Below, one piece after another: positions 11,001-24,802 of a stretch of 64,000 nucleotides of DNA. The notes under the pieces were generated by a model, which saw only the letters and a program-made list of their open reading frames with translations, ran no database searches and was not told where the DNA came from. Every line of letters begins with the position of its first letter. Within the stretch, counting starts at the first letter, position 1. Source of the DNA: Perna viridis (Eukaryota); assembly GCA_037379345.1 (NCBI GenBank), contig CM074511.1, forward strand, positions 12,834,001 through 12,898,000. The letters are read 5' to 3'. Made by a program: the position numbers and the translations under genes.

Positions 11001-12678
11001 ATAAAGCATTTTTGATGTATAAATCGCGCCTAGTACTAAAGTTCGGTACCTTTATAATCACGCTATGCGGAAAAAAAATGCGTTCGAAAGATTAGGTCAA
11101 ATATGTATCATGCTACAAGGGAAATAACTCCAAACCTCATGGGTGTTTAAGGTAACCAGTCTTCTTCGTTTTGAATTGATTTGTTGCTTGCAAAACATTT
11201 TGAATGAAACGCGTGCGGTTAGTCCAAACGATAAAGTATATTATGAAATCCCGTTGTCCTTTTTTAAACTATTTTACATACTGCACCTGTCTGCCTATCC
11301 TGTCGGACTTTTTACTCAGGGACATGGCAAAGTATTCGAGCACCTGCAAATTACCTTTACTTTCTATGTAAATTCATACTTTTAAAAAAAGTTGACTACG
11401 AAATAGTTCCTGGATCTCCTGTACCGAATCTCAACTGATTTTGAAGAAATTTTTATCATGAACAAGAAAAATGATAGAATTAAACTTTTGTAGTTCTACA
11501 GTATCGTAACTTCAGAGGTGTTAAAGAGTTACATACAGGAAAAAAATCCTGTGTCATATAATATCAGTTGAAAAAAGTGTAAAATTGTAGCATCATTTTT
11601 GTGTTGGTAATTAAAGTGCCAAAATTCATTCATTTTAGTCAGAAAATCTTTTTCAAAGCAAGGAGTTTTAAAATATAGAAGGATTGGAAATTTGCACACT
11701 TTTACATAATATGTTAATAAATATGTTGTAATCAACATGCAAGATTACCCGCGATACATATCGTTGATGCTGAGTGTGCTCTGTTAATGGTGTACAATTT
11801 CCACCGCTTCAACATTTCATCATGATAAATGTATTCTGATGCAAATGGTTTGAAAAATAAAAATATCCCACTAAAAGTTAAAATTAGTTTAAAATTGATC
11901 AGAAATGGTCTGAGGGTGTATACAATAAGTTTTTCAACCGTAGTTTTCCCTCCTTTTGTGATAGCAACTTTTTTTATATGCTTTGGTTTTGACTCCTGAC
12001 TGCATAGCCCCGTCTTCGAGGACGATTTCCCTCCTCATTTAAAATTCAAACTCCTTCTTCAAAGTCAGAACAATCATCATAAAACTTGTTTCAAATTGAT
12101 CAAAAATTATCCAAGGGTGTATATATATGGAAATTTATAGCCATAACCTTCCCTTCTTTCTTTCAACTCTTTTATTTGACCTAATTTTGATTATTCAAGG
12201 ATTTGTATAGTAGATATATAGCAAGATTCAAACTGCTCTCTCATGGTCCAAATTTATTGACTTCAAGCTCATTTTGTTCATAAAGTATGGTATTTATTAG
12301 TGTTTATAATACATTTTTTTTTAAATACGTAGTTAATCTGCATTAATCAATTTTTTTAACTGACTGAATATGTACTTCAAAATTGTGACATTCTGTAAGT
12401 GAAGGCTATAATGCTAATTTAAATTTCAAACTCCTCCCTCAAGGTCCTGACCTTTGTCTTGAGGTTGACATTTTTCTATTACTGAGGTATTGATCAATGT
12501 ATATAAGAAATTTTTACGAAAACCATCTGCGCTTTTCCAGGTGTTTCGATGTATTGAGAGTATTAACCAGCAATTACAAGACACTTGAAATATAAGTGAC
12601 AAGTATGATTAAATCTTGCCACACGAGATATTATGAGAAAGCATGAGATTCCAATCCTGTCTATCATAAAGATCCTTG

Positions 12679-12954
12679 TTCAGATTTTAGGGGAAGTTTA
12701 CTAGTGACCTAATACTTTTGGCATGTCTATAGCACATTCAGATCTGGCTCACCATGTCAGTCTGGTAAAATTCAAATTTTAGGGAAATTTTACTAGTGAC
12801 CTAATATTTTTGGCATGTCTCTATAGCACATTCAGATCCGGCTCAGCAGGTTAGTCTGGTAAAATTCAGATTTTAGGGAAATTTTACTAGTGACCTAATA
12901 CTTTTGGCATGTCTCTATAGCACATTCCGATCTGGCTCAGCATGTCAGTCTGGT
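12679..12954. repeat. Tandem repeat, ~93 bp x 3
   Basis: Units start near 12679, 12771 and 12865 (ttcagattttagggaaattttactagtgacctaata...). Confidence 0.9.
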
Positions 12955-12964
12955 ATACACAGCT

Positions 12965-13060
12965 GTGTCAGTTTGATTGGTTATACATTCTGGTCCTTAA
13001 ATGCATGCAATGTCAGCCATTGGATGGTGTTGTTATACCTATTGGCACCTTGCATAAGGA
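12965..13060 (+). promoter_or_regulatory. Candidate distal promoter of the downstream + strand gene (three ATTGG / inverted CCAAT boxes)
   Basis: ATTGG near 12976, 13019 and 13041; coincides with the switch to CpG-poor, T-skewed sequence. Confidence 0.35.
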
Positions 13061-13381
13061 CTAGCTTCCCTATTTGTCTGTTGTTTGCTATTTGAAATCT
13101 TTAAGTAATAAATCTGTATTTTTGATGTTGAGGTGTACACATATTTTAAAATGATGAAATTATTTACCTTGCAAACTAAAGTATATGTCTTCTTTTTTGT
13201 GTAAAATGAAAATTGCATACCATGAAAATTGTTTATATGATGGTGGTATATTGAATTGTTGTTGCCTCAGTATGAGATTATTTCATATCTGATATGTTCC
13301 TCACCCTTTTAATAGACAGCTGAGATGATACAATGTACAAACGGATTGTTACTAAAGGACACTTACCTTACTGTTACCTGA

Positions 13382-13480
13382 AAGTCAAGCTGTAAGTAAA
13401 CTCTCAGCATTGTTTTAAGTTAGAGTCAAGCTGTAAGAAAACTCTCAGCAGAGGTATGAATTATAGTCAAGCTGTAAGCA
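13382..13480. repeat. Short tandem repeat, ~41 bp x 2.5
   Basis: agtcaagctgtaag occurs three times. Confidence 0.7.
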
Positions 13481-14775
13481 AATCATTTGAAAGATTTCTT
13501 AGTATAATGGACATAAATGAAATGTAAGTTGTGATTTAATATAACTATTCAATAATTTTGCAGCATAGGTATACTTTTTTTAAATATGTAATAAACACAC
13601 CATCTGGCATCAAGCAGACATTAGTCATACCTGTCAGGCCTCCCACAGTAGGGAAGGGGGACTCCCTTGAAATCAATGAAAAATGTAGAATTTCCAATAT
13701 CAAAATGTAAGATTTGTTGGAGGTTTTTGTTAAAAAATTTAAGTAGCTGTCTTTGTAAGAATCATGCAAAATCTGAAAAATGTGATACACCCCAAAAAAG
13801 GGTACATATTTTTATTTTTGTAAATAAGTTGTTTTATGGGTCTATACTATGAAATATGTAATTATTCATTCAAATCTGCCTGCTCTTAGGAGGTAATCAA
13901 CATTGAAAATCCAGTAGATTCTATTGTATTTGAGCATCATTTACAGAGTTATCTCCCTTAATTTTGAAATCTACTGTGCATTCTATACAATTTTTATCTC
14001 CTGATAGCACGGGTTATATGAAAAACCACGTTAATTTCTGTTTACAATGACATTTCAAACAAAATATTAAAAATAAAAATATGTAGGCTTTATACCCATG
14101 AATCACATTTTGCATGATTCTTAGCTGGAGTGCTACTTAAATTTCTTGTAAAAATACTATATAATTGAATTTTTACATAAAAAATTTGCTTTTATGTAAA
14201 ACGCTCCCACATGAGACTGTGTCAGTGGGATGTAATCTCCAACATGAACTGCTCCAAAGGTTAACGTATATAATTAGTAATATGTTGAGAAGGAGAAGAA
14301 CAAAAAAGAAATATACAATATTATTTAATCAGTGTATGGTATTGATTTGTATCATGTAAATATGTTATGTTTGTTGAATTGCAATATTTTTTAATATGAA
14401 TTTCTTATGATGTCTATAATTTCATGTCAAATAGATGATTTTTAAAGAAAATTTATGCACTAAACAGTTAGTTTTGCCTAACTTATCCAAATCTCATGAA
14501 TTGATATTTTTTTATCATTTGTTTCAAGCCAAACAAATGTAAGTTGTACGTCTCCTATCATAGAATTACTACTATTCAAATAATGAACTCAGTGTACACA
14601 ACTGTACAATGGAAAGTATTTGTATATACATACTGTTACAGGGAATTTGAAAATGAACACAGTGAGCCTGAGATAGAGCCAGCAATGTTCAAATACATTA
14701 TAACACAGGCCATCCAGTCATTACATGGAGAGGTATATTCTTACTGGTCATCTAGACTTGTTTTTCATAAACTTG

Positions 14776-15327
14776 GGTGCTTTCCATAATACACAGGCAA
14801 AAATTTTTCATGTGAAGTTCATGTTAATCAAGCTTCACATGAAATTCATGTGAACTTCACATGAAATTAGCATGATTTTTATGTGAAATTCACTTAACAT
14901 GACTTTCATGTGAATAATTCACATGATTTTCATGTGAAGGCTCCATTCACCTGAATTTCATGTGAACTTTATCACAAAGTTTATTTGCTCGATTGAGGTA
15001 AAAATCGTGAAATTTGTGTGAAAATCATGTGAAATAATTTTGCCTGTGTACAGTTTGTTCCACTAGAACCACAGAATTTTGTTCCATTACTGGTTCATGC
15101 CAAGTGGTTTGTCTCAGAAGACAAACCAGATGATCCAGAAGTAGAATTAGAGGAAGTTGGTTCATACTGGTTAATATAAAAGAAGGCAGGTACGAACCAA
15201 CTTTCATGAACTCTACTTCTATTAGTCTGGTACATGCATGTTGTCTTAGACAAACCACTGGGTACAAATCTATAATGGAACAGAAATTTGTGGTTCAGGT
15301 GGAACAATACCCATAATGGAAAGCACC
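14776..15327. mobile_element. Outer fold-back MITE (GGTGCTTTCCAT...ATGGAAAGCACC) interrupted by a second MITE
   Basis: 12-bp perfect terminal IR plus a further ~35-bp imperfect IR (15055-15088 vs 15273-15307). Confidence 0.7.
14792..15048. mobile_element. MITE with CACAGGCAAAA TIRs, TA duplication and many TTCACATGAA/TTCATGTGAA subterminal repeats (CMC/EnSpm-like)
   Basis: TA|CACAGGCAAAA ... TTTTGCCTGTG|TA. Confidence 0.8.
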
Positions 15328-15569
15328 TCATGTCTGAATAGATGAATTAATGTAGCAGTTATAATATTAGTCTGAAAGCCAGATTGTGAAGAATTCGAGC
15401 ACATGACAATGACAAACAAGATATGTTCAGTCTAGTTGGCTAATATATCCCAGTATCATTAGATGTATATATTAACTTGTCTTTTAAATACATATCAATC
15501 ATCTTTTGATTCCTTCTAATCTACTTTTTGTTTCAGACTGAGCAGCATTTGTCATTTTTTTATTCACAG

Positions 15570-15646
15570 ATTGGTGCCAGTAATAATGTTGATGTGTTAA
15601 AGTATCAGAAAAGGAAATTGGAAGCAATACTTAAAGTTCATCATAG
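15570..15646 (+). other. Candidate non-coding 5' UTR exon
   Basis: Strong acceptor ttttttattcacag| and donor TAG|GTATGA around a purine-rich 77-nt segment; no transcript evidence. Confidence 0.35.
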
Positions 15647-17549
15647 GTATGAAAATAACTTATTATATGGCCGTGTATTCAATTTAATCTTAAACAGCAT
15701 GTACAGTCTGTTTCTATTCTACCTCCTGTATACAAAATTTAGAGGATATATAGTAATGTGTTGTCCATCTGCCTGACTGTCTTTTCGCATACCATGTAAC
15801 CCCAACTCAAACTAAACTGTTTAATGGAATTCAGTTTAAACTTACCCTTTAATTTGAAAGTTTCGCAAAATAAATAGATGTGTACGTCATGAGCAAGATA
15901 ATTTTTCCTGATGTTTCCAACTTATTGGTATTACTTGTATCAATCGGTGGGTTAACTTACAGGTTTAGTAGTCTAAACATTCATTTCTCTTTATCTTTTT
16001 TTTTTAGGTATGTCATACCTTATATCTTTTGTCTATAGATTTTTATGATTTTTTCATATGTTATATCAGTGAACAAACTCCAGAATTTCAATTAAAAAAG
16101 ATTTTGAGATAATAGAGTCTTAATATTGGGTATTCTATTCAAAGATTGTAAATACATTAAAGAGGGAATTTTCTATAATTCTTGAACAACTGAAAAATTG
16201 GTCTGTTGTATTTCCATTAAAAAGAACACTTATCTTACATTTTTATGGATTCAGAAAGAAAGTAAGGGGTTGTCAGGCATTTTCAGTAGTTAATTAAAAT
16301 GCCAAAACTTCCATTACATTTTTATACAACATTTTCTTGTCAGTTAATTATCTCCCTTATGAAGCATCTTGTCAGAATAATTGTTTGTAATAATTTATGT
16401 AAAAAAATTCTTACTTTTAAAAAATAACAAATATCAGGGCTTTACACTATTTGCTCATGAAAGATAGATATTTATTTAAGATTTGTAACATGTCTGAAAA
16501 AGATGCTCACTGAAATAGATATGATCTGTCTTAAACTTGTGTGTACATAGACAATTAAAGTTTCATACTGTCAGACTTAGATCTGTTCAATTGTGACACA
16601 AAATTTTTATTAGCATACTACAGTTCCATATTTAATTTCTGTCTTAGACTGTAAAACAGTGTAGTAATTTCTTTGATAATTAATTATTTGCTGTGTGTTG
16701 ATATTTTTCAGTTTCCTAGTTATTTGATTGTAATTGGTATGAGTTGTCTCTCTTTAATTCTGTTGTGAACTAGGAATGTTGGAAAGGCATTGACTCTGAA
16801 GAGATCTTTCTGTCCTTTTGCTAGTGCACACTAGTGTGTGTCTGTCCATCTTCCTGCCAAGCATCAATAATGTTCTTGTGAAAATTTTAGAATCAGTGTC
16901 TTTAAGTGGATTTATCCAACTTGCTACAAATCTACTCATTTTAAAATAATTCTATTGTTTCAGTGTCATAGGTCAAGGTCACAAGGTCAATTTTTTAACA
17001 ATAATGAAATGTCATGTTTCTCTTTGCTCTTCTCATTTTTCTTATTTTCCAGGAATGTTTGACTTTCTATGACTTGATGCTTATATATGTAAAGAAAAGA
17101 TCTTTAAATACTGAAATATTAAATTCAGAAAACTGACACAATCACTACAAAATTATTTTCAACAGTTTGTTATCACATATAATAAAGTGATACACATTTA
17201 ACAACCCATTTTACACAAGTTCATATCTTTATAAAAATAGGTTCTAAAAATATTGGTGCATTTGAAGTGCAATTAATCAGATCCAGGAATTTCTATTCAG
17301 TTTTCAGTTTTATTTAAGCAGAAACTTCTATGTCTGATTAGGTTGATTTGTATTGCAGTTTTATGACAAAGTTATGGAGTTCTTTGACGTTGCACAGCAG
17401 CTTCCATGGACAAGTCTGTGCTTTTAGAGTTCTTCAGGTGATTATAAGGAAACTTCAGCATTGATTTCATATGAGAAACCTTGATTTTATCATGAAATGT
17501 AATTTGTACTTGGTACATATGAACTCTTCTTGATCAAGTAAAATATTCT

Positions 17550-17725
17550 CAGGGTATGACATAAGTTTATCCTATTGCCCAGGACAAGTGAAACTACCAT
17601 TCAGACAAGTAAAAGTCAAAATTATACTTGCCCGGAGGACAACCTAGATTTCAATTTTGATAAGTAGAATTTTCCTCAATGTGCCTGATAGGACAAGGTT
17701 CATAAAATGTTAATGTCATACCCTG
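17550..17725. mobile_element. 176-bp MITE with 13-bp perfect TIR CAGGGTATGACAT and 5-bp target duplication ATTCT
   Basis: attct|CAGGGTATGACAT ... ATGTCATACCCTG|attct; internal GACAAGT repeats. Confidence 0.8.
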
Positions 17726-17899
17726 ATTCTGAAAAGTTTTGAATTTTAATTTGGTCTTAGAGTACTGATGAAATTCACAATCCACATAAAGTTTTACTCA
17801 CTTAAAATTCTAATTATTTCAGCTTGAATTAAAATTATTGAACATTTTGTTTTTATATGACTGAAAAACTTGCCCATATGGCATGGCAATGTTGTCGTC

Positions 17900-18260
17900 T
17901 ATTGAGTCCTCCATCTCCATAGACACTTGGTTTTCATGTAAAAACCTGAGTACTGAGTCATCCATGTCTGTGGACACTTGGTTTTCATGTAAAATATGAG
18001 TACTGAGTCATCCATGTCCGTAGACAGTTGGTTTTCATGTAAAATATAAGTACTGAGTCATCCATGTCCAAGGACACATGGTTTTCATGTAAAAACCTGA
18101 GTATAAGCTGATTGGTCTTCATTAATTTTACCCTGAGATTCCATAATCTGGTCTTTATTGACTATACCCTGGGACTCCTTACCTCTTGTCTTTATTAATT
18201 TTACCCTGAGATTCTCTACCTCTGGTCTTCATTAATTTTACCCTGAGATTCCCTACCTCC
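17900..18260. repeat. Two abutting tandem arrays (~50 bp x 4, then ~37 bp x 4)
   Basis: gagtcatccatgtc..gacacttggttttcatgtaaaa units followed by ggtcttcattaattttaccctgagatt units. Confidence 0.85.
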
Positions 18261-20840
18261 ACAAAAGGTTGGAATTGATTTTGGGTAAAACATTGTATAA
18301 ATTGCTTATTTCGCATGCATTTTCAATGGGGTTCAATTTGAAGTCTTAACTTTGTGCAGTTCTTTTAAATGCTAATTATAAACTTGTACTTAGATGTGTG
18401 ATTATGTATATTATTTTCAAATTGGTCTAAATTAGGATCAAAGTACAAGTTTAAATGATTTCGACAAAAATTGAGTTTGTGAGATTCTTTCATATACCTA
18501 TTCTGTGTACTTTCATTTTTACTTATAAACAAAAAAAGTCCAATTTCAAATTATTAAAAAAATTTAATTGCAATCAATCTGTGTTAGAAACCAATGCTAT
18601 GGTAAATGTAGTCCCAATTGACATTCATAGTTGTATAAGGCTTACGATATTGGTCTATAGGTGTTTGAGGTAAGACCTTAACATTTTGTAAATTATATAC
18701 CAGTATTTATTTATTTGCAGGTATCCTCCCATCTAATGGCTTTATCTGCTAACAGTAGAGAATTAGATGTAACCTGAGAGCAGTTTGAGTTGTGGATATA
18801 CAGTATAATTAACTACCAAGCTTACTGAAGACATTTTTATGATACAGAATATAGAAGTGAGCAGTTCCTGATTTTTGTGATACAGACTATAGAAGTGAGC
18901 AGTTTCTGTTATCTGAATTATTTGAATGACAGACCTTTCTAAGATTCAGAAATAATGACAGTTTTGTTACTTTTGTATTAAAGGGTACCAGTTTGTAAAG
19001 TAACTTGATATACATATATTGTTGAATGTTTTTGAATGGGATATTTTATTAATGGACTTAATATTTACTCATAGAAAGATCTGTTACTTGTTACAGCTTT
19101 GAGAACATTTTGGTAGGGCTCCATCTTGTTGATTTGCATGTAACTGAAAAGTTTAGTGTTGGGTTTCCCTTTATTTCGTTGTGAAAAATAATTAAATTAC
19201 ATAAATGGAAATAGCCAAACCTAAGAGAAGAAAAAAACACACACCTGCCAAAATTCCTGAATTATACCCACTAAAACTGTTTATTATATTCAATTAATTT
19301 CAACTAACATTGTTTTCTTACGTACACATTTATCAATTGGAACATCACTTTACCTTTTCTAAGGAAAGATTTAATGACATTACGATTGATATATTGGTTT
19401 ACTGTAAACATATTAATTTTCCCTGTGTACTGAAAAGCATGTAACATAGTACTAACAAAACTGTTTTTTTAACATTATGTAACTAATCATTTACAAACTT
19501 TGAAAATTGATACCTGCGAAAATGGTCACTTGACAGAATTTGTGAAAATTAATACATTTACAGTATATTGTTTGTTAAACATTACAATAATTGAATATTC
19601 CCTGAATTGAAATTGAATTATTTGTACTGGTATGTACACTGAAAGTTTACAGTAAACTGTAAAGAAAAAATTGTAAAAAATTTGCTGTAATGAAATGAAA
19701 TTTAAAGAAATAAATTTAATCAGTGATTCTGTTTTTTTTTTTTTTTTTTTTGTAAATCACCTGACCTAAATTGATTGTTGGTTGTAGATAGATCTGTTAC
19801 AGTAGTCTTTTTACACTGGTTTTTGTAATTAATACCTTGACTTGACAATTGATGAAGGAAGTTGGTATTGGTTTGCATCTGTCCTTTCTTCTTTTGTGTG
19901 TCTATCTTCTACAGAAATTTTGTGGGAAAGTTTTGTGTCATTTTGTATAGACAAATTCTACAAGGGTTATAGGACTTTGATGTTCTTGTGCTTCAATAAC
20001 CAGCAATGGAGGAGATATGGTATAATGTGCATTAGTTCGTAGGGCCAATTGTTCTGCCATTTGTCTATCCCCTGTTCTTTAGAAACTATGGATCAGAATT
20101 CATTGAAATCTTAATTGCTTCTTTATTAGATGATGCCATTTTGCACCTTTTATTTCTTTTTTTTAATCTGAGTGACTTTTAGGTTTTTATGATGCAAATC
20201 CTTGACTTCTTCATTCACCAAATGGAAACTATCTCTCCATCCTGAACTCCTCTGAAATCATTGAATGAATTCAATGAAACTTTCACACTTTTTGAATATC
20301 CATATGAATGACTTTTTAGGCTTTTATGATCCTTTTTGGTATTTGTATGCAAAAAAGGATTTGTGGTTATCATGGGACCTGTAATGACTACAATGAGTAT
20401 GTAACTTGCTATGTATATATATCCAATGAATTTTTTTTAGTTTTAGATGAATATTTAAAAATTTCCCTGTTTTCCAAATGTCATCCCAAGTAATTTCCCT
20501 GTGACATTGTGGGTGTATTTTTTACCATATCCGTTCTCATCATATTTCATATGTTCCTTTTTGGATTGTTATATTAAGGTTAGGTTCTCAAAATATGAGT
20601 TTTTTCCATTTTTAGTCTTAAACTCTTTTGTAATTGTCACTTTGATATGAATTCTGAAGTTATCTAGTATATTCATTTACCAGGGTAATTTAGTTGGAAT
20701 TGATTTTTAAATTTATTTTTCAGCAATGTAATAACTTCTTATTATATGTTTGTTTCATATTAAATTCTGAGTTTTGAAGTCGTTGTCTAAATCCCAATTC
20801 ACTTTTGGAGATGTGAAGAAAGGGAGGTATATAAAGTGAA

Positions 20841-21111
20841 GGCCAACAAAAAAGATGTGATTGTTGTAGGTTACCCTACCTACCCTATTTTTTTGTCCAA
20901 CTCTAGCACATTTTACTGTTTGTTTGTTTGTTTTTTTTTTTTTTTAAAGAAATGCTGCTAAACTATCATTTTTTAGTTGAGCGCTATTAAAGTAAATCCT
21001 CACATAAGTGTCTATATAAATTTATTGAAAAAATATAATGATTTTACCTACCTACCAACCCAAATTTTTCATCCAATGTTATCTTAAACCGATATATTTT
21101 TTTCCTTGGCC
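20841..21111. mobile_element. Degenerate MITE (GGCCAA...TTGGCC) with CCTACCTACC motifs near both ends
   Basis: Short inverted termini and a duplicated subterminal motif. Confidence 0.45.
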
Positions 21112-23204
21112 TAAGTTTTCCATGAGTTATACAGCCTGTTCTAATTATCAAGGTGGCCAATTAAGATTCTCATCAATTTAGTATTTGAAAGTTTGCCATA
21201 TTATCTCATTCGAAAGGTATTGATTGTTATTACATCAGAGTTGGGAAAAGTCTTTTTTTGTAAGTTTATGGTTGTCAAGTCCTGTAGTTTTCAATCTTCA
21301 TCCCGCTGGAACTTTGTATAGATGATCAATTTATTTACACTCATGGATTGGGATTAGATCAATATTGTCTGGGATATGTTGAGGAGTTCATCATAAAGTT
21401 TGAAAATTTTATTGAGATAACTTTATTTACTGATAAACACAAATGCAAATGGGTATGATAGAGATTTGTGGAAATGGTTAAGAAGACAATAACCTCACAA
21501 TTTATCAACATGGTCACTGTCAATACTCAAAACAAGGTTCTCTCAAGTTTGTCTATGGTGAAAACAAACCAAATACATTGAGTACAATTTCTTTAACCAT
21601 CCTACAGTAATTTAAATCAAAGTATTCATGTAATGAATCAATTTATATCGATTGTTTGAATTTTTACACGTATAATAATTGTCAATTTGCAAAATATGGG
21701 ATAAATGGAAAGTATGGGGATGGCATTCAAATGTATCTTAATACTAGCTTATTGTTATAAATGGTTAATATTGAACTCTTTGGTTTTATCTTTAATTTCA
21801 CCATTCGTTACAAAAGATATTTAAAAACCACACACACACACACACCAAAATTCACAATGCATCGTAGCAGTGTGCCAGTTTGTGTAGTATTCAAGTTTGA
21901 TATCGGTTTCCATGGAGCACCTAGATGAATGAACACAAAACTCTCCAACATAGTACATATTTGGTCTATAAACTGCTAGTTGGCCATTCCCAGTTTTTAA
22001 ATTTTCAGGTCGATATATATTTAATTCATCGACATCCAGGTCAAAACTGTCTGTTAAATCATTCAAAATTAAGTCACAATCATTGCAATGAATCATATCC
22101 TTAGATACATGTTCCTCTAAACTAGGTATTCTCGGTTGATAAGGTTTATATCTCAAGTGCTAAAAATTATTCCATAGATGCCTATGTGTCATGTAAAAGC
22201 ACTTAGTTTCTGGGCACCTAGTTCCAGAGACTCATACATTGACATTAACGGATAAAGTCTTAGAATATATTTTCACCAATCGTGTCTGGTGCAAGAAACA
22301 TTTGCCATGCACTTTTAAGGCCCTGGACCACCCACAGCTCTATTATAATAACATACATATAGCCTACATAACCAGATAGTATGATTATTGCAAAAACCAA
22401 TAAAACCAGACCACAATACAATGACACAATTCCCGAGAAATGCAAACTTTCTATGGCATCGTTTATGCAAAGATTCATTTTTAATAGTCAGATCAGGACT
22501 TCTGGTGTCACGAGGCGATAATCGTAATAAAAGTACGTCAGGATGGTTTCGGGGTTATGATACCTTTTTGTAAAAAAATTTGACAAAAGATAAGTGGCAA
22601 ATAATAACCTGAAGCCCCTTTCTTTATACAAGTTTCTTGATTGTAACCCTTTTATTCGCCAGGGTCTGTAAGACAGCTACTCCAAGTGGTACTCAGCTTT
22701 CTGATAGATTTCAGTTCTATGATTGATTACTATTTATAATCTCGCAAGGTTTCCATTTCTAGCTAAACATCAGGTTTTTTTTTATGCTGCTAAAAATAAA
22801 TTGGCAACTTGAATATATCAACATTGAACGACTTGTTTATTTGGGTAAATGCATAGAAATCAACAGGTACTGATAAGAAGATAGAGGTCAATTATTTTTT
22901 AATTGGATCGTGGTTAATACAAACCAAAATAATGAGCACATTTAGTTCGCAGTTAAAGTTGTTTATATGGTTTGTTTATTGGTGGAAATTATATAATCAA
23001 ATTTTATATATTAGAAATACCTATGAAGTGGACCTAACTAGCTGCATTTGAATCCTAGTGGGGGTATGCCAATGGGACTATTTTCCTGCGGTATTGTACG
23101 ATAATTGCAGTTGCTATCAGGCTTTACAAATCTAAATGCTTTGGTGACTGCTATATCAATTCCAATCTTTGATCTAAATTGATAAAAAGGAATAATTTTT
23201 AAGG

Positions 23205-23515
23205 TTATCTAGGGGGTTTGTGGAGTTACCTAAGGTGGTAAGTGTTTTTTTAAAGGGGTACTAAGCTGAGTTACCTTAGGAGGTAGGTGGGCTATCCATA
23301 GAGGTGGTGTAGTTATCTAATTGGGTAGGTGGGTTACCTAAGGTGGCAGGTGGAGTTATCTAAGGGGAAGGTGGGGTATCCAATATAGGTGGTGTAGTTA
23401 TATAATTAGGTAGGTGGGTTATTTAAGGGGACATATAGGGTATCTAATTGGGTAGGTGTGTTTAAGAGGTAAGTAGGGTATCCAAGGAGGTGGTTATGGC
23501 TATCTAAGGGAGTGA
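23205..23515. repeat. Degenerate G-rich minisatellite, ~20-bp unit (ggtaggtgggttatctaag)
   Basis: Visible periodic motif. Confidence 0.75.
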
Positions 23516-23876
23516 ATGTTGTTTTCTCCCATTTATAGGCTTCATTCACACGGCACGAGCAAGTTATTAAAAATTGGTAATTTCCGGCCACATGCCAGGA
23601 AATTAAAATGTCGCATGAAGACTCCCATTCCTACCATGTTTACTATGTTTACAGTTGTTATTCATATTGTTGATCAATTAAATACTTGTTGATTTACGAA
23701 TGTTATTCATATTTTAAAAGATTAGTTGGTAGTGTATCAAGTAATCATAATGGTAGTGATATCGATGACGCAATGACTTGATGACTGGAGGGGAGGTCCT
23801 TGATGACGTAGTTGATGTTTTGAGAATTTAGAGTGTTGTTATATTTATTTTTTATGGTTTTATTCATGAAAGAAAC

Positions 23877-24000
23877 AGATTTTCCCTCATTTCTCTCTGG
23901 GATTAAAGGATTTCTCCACTCTCTGTATTTAAATTTTAGATTTTTAATTATCTCAAGTGGAGAAATCCTGTGATCTCCTCGAGACTGAAGGAGAATCTAT
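23877..24000. mobile_element. Short fold-back element
   Basis: aggatttctccact / agtggagaaatcct perfect core within a ~45-bp imperfect IR. Confidence 0.55.
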
Positions 24001-24802
24001 ATAACCAAGTAAGTGGATTAGGTCCTCTAATAAGAGTCTAAAGGGTTAATTTGCATCAAATTATTCATCCAATATTCATGTCTTGCCAAATCCTAACTTA
24101 AGTAATGTGATGTAATTTTCTTACACACCAGTTTCATGTCACACTGTTTATTTGAGAGGTGCTTGGTATCAGGATTTAACCCCCTTTCAAAATTTTCCTT
24201 GCATTTTAATCATCAACTAAAACAAGGGAAATCCTACCCAATTCTGTTGTGCTTTGTTATAATATCAGTAAATAGATGTTCTTATGTAGATGATACAGGT
24301 TGTTATAAAAAGAGAAACCTATTTATGTCGTTGGAATCATGTAATCAAGCCAAGTATTTTCATTGCCATATCCTGTCATATTCGATCTCTATGTAAATGG
24401 GAAAGATACTTCCTGGATAAATTTCTGTATAAATAGATGAATAATGTCTTGAAATTTAGGTCAGATTTCTGTATGAATAAATCAATAATGTCTAGAAATC
24501 TAGGTGAATTTATTTTAGTGCTTAACTCTGAAATTTTAACAGAATGGTGGAGATATATTGGACTTTTAACTTTATTTGACTCGTGATACTTTGTCTATCT
24601 GTCTGTTATTTTAATTTGATTTAATCATCTTTAAATTTAGTCACTACTTTAAAAATAGAAAATGCTAAAATGAATTTTGCATGAAAGTGAAATGAATATT
24701 ACCATAACAATTTCAGTTCATATGTTGTATGTGTTAATGCATGCCTTATGTTTGAAATGCTCAGTAAAATGCAAACACGTACATTGAAAAACTGCTATTT
24801 TA

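Noticed and set aside
17359-18960. Further candidate UTR exons (17359-17437; acceptor at 18720)
   Set aside because: Acceptors are plausible but donors are weak or absent; cannot be supported without transcripts
23020-23070. tRNA or B-box-like atttgaatcc
   Set aside because: No A-box or cloverleaf pairing
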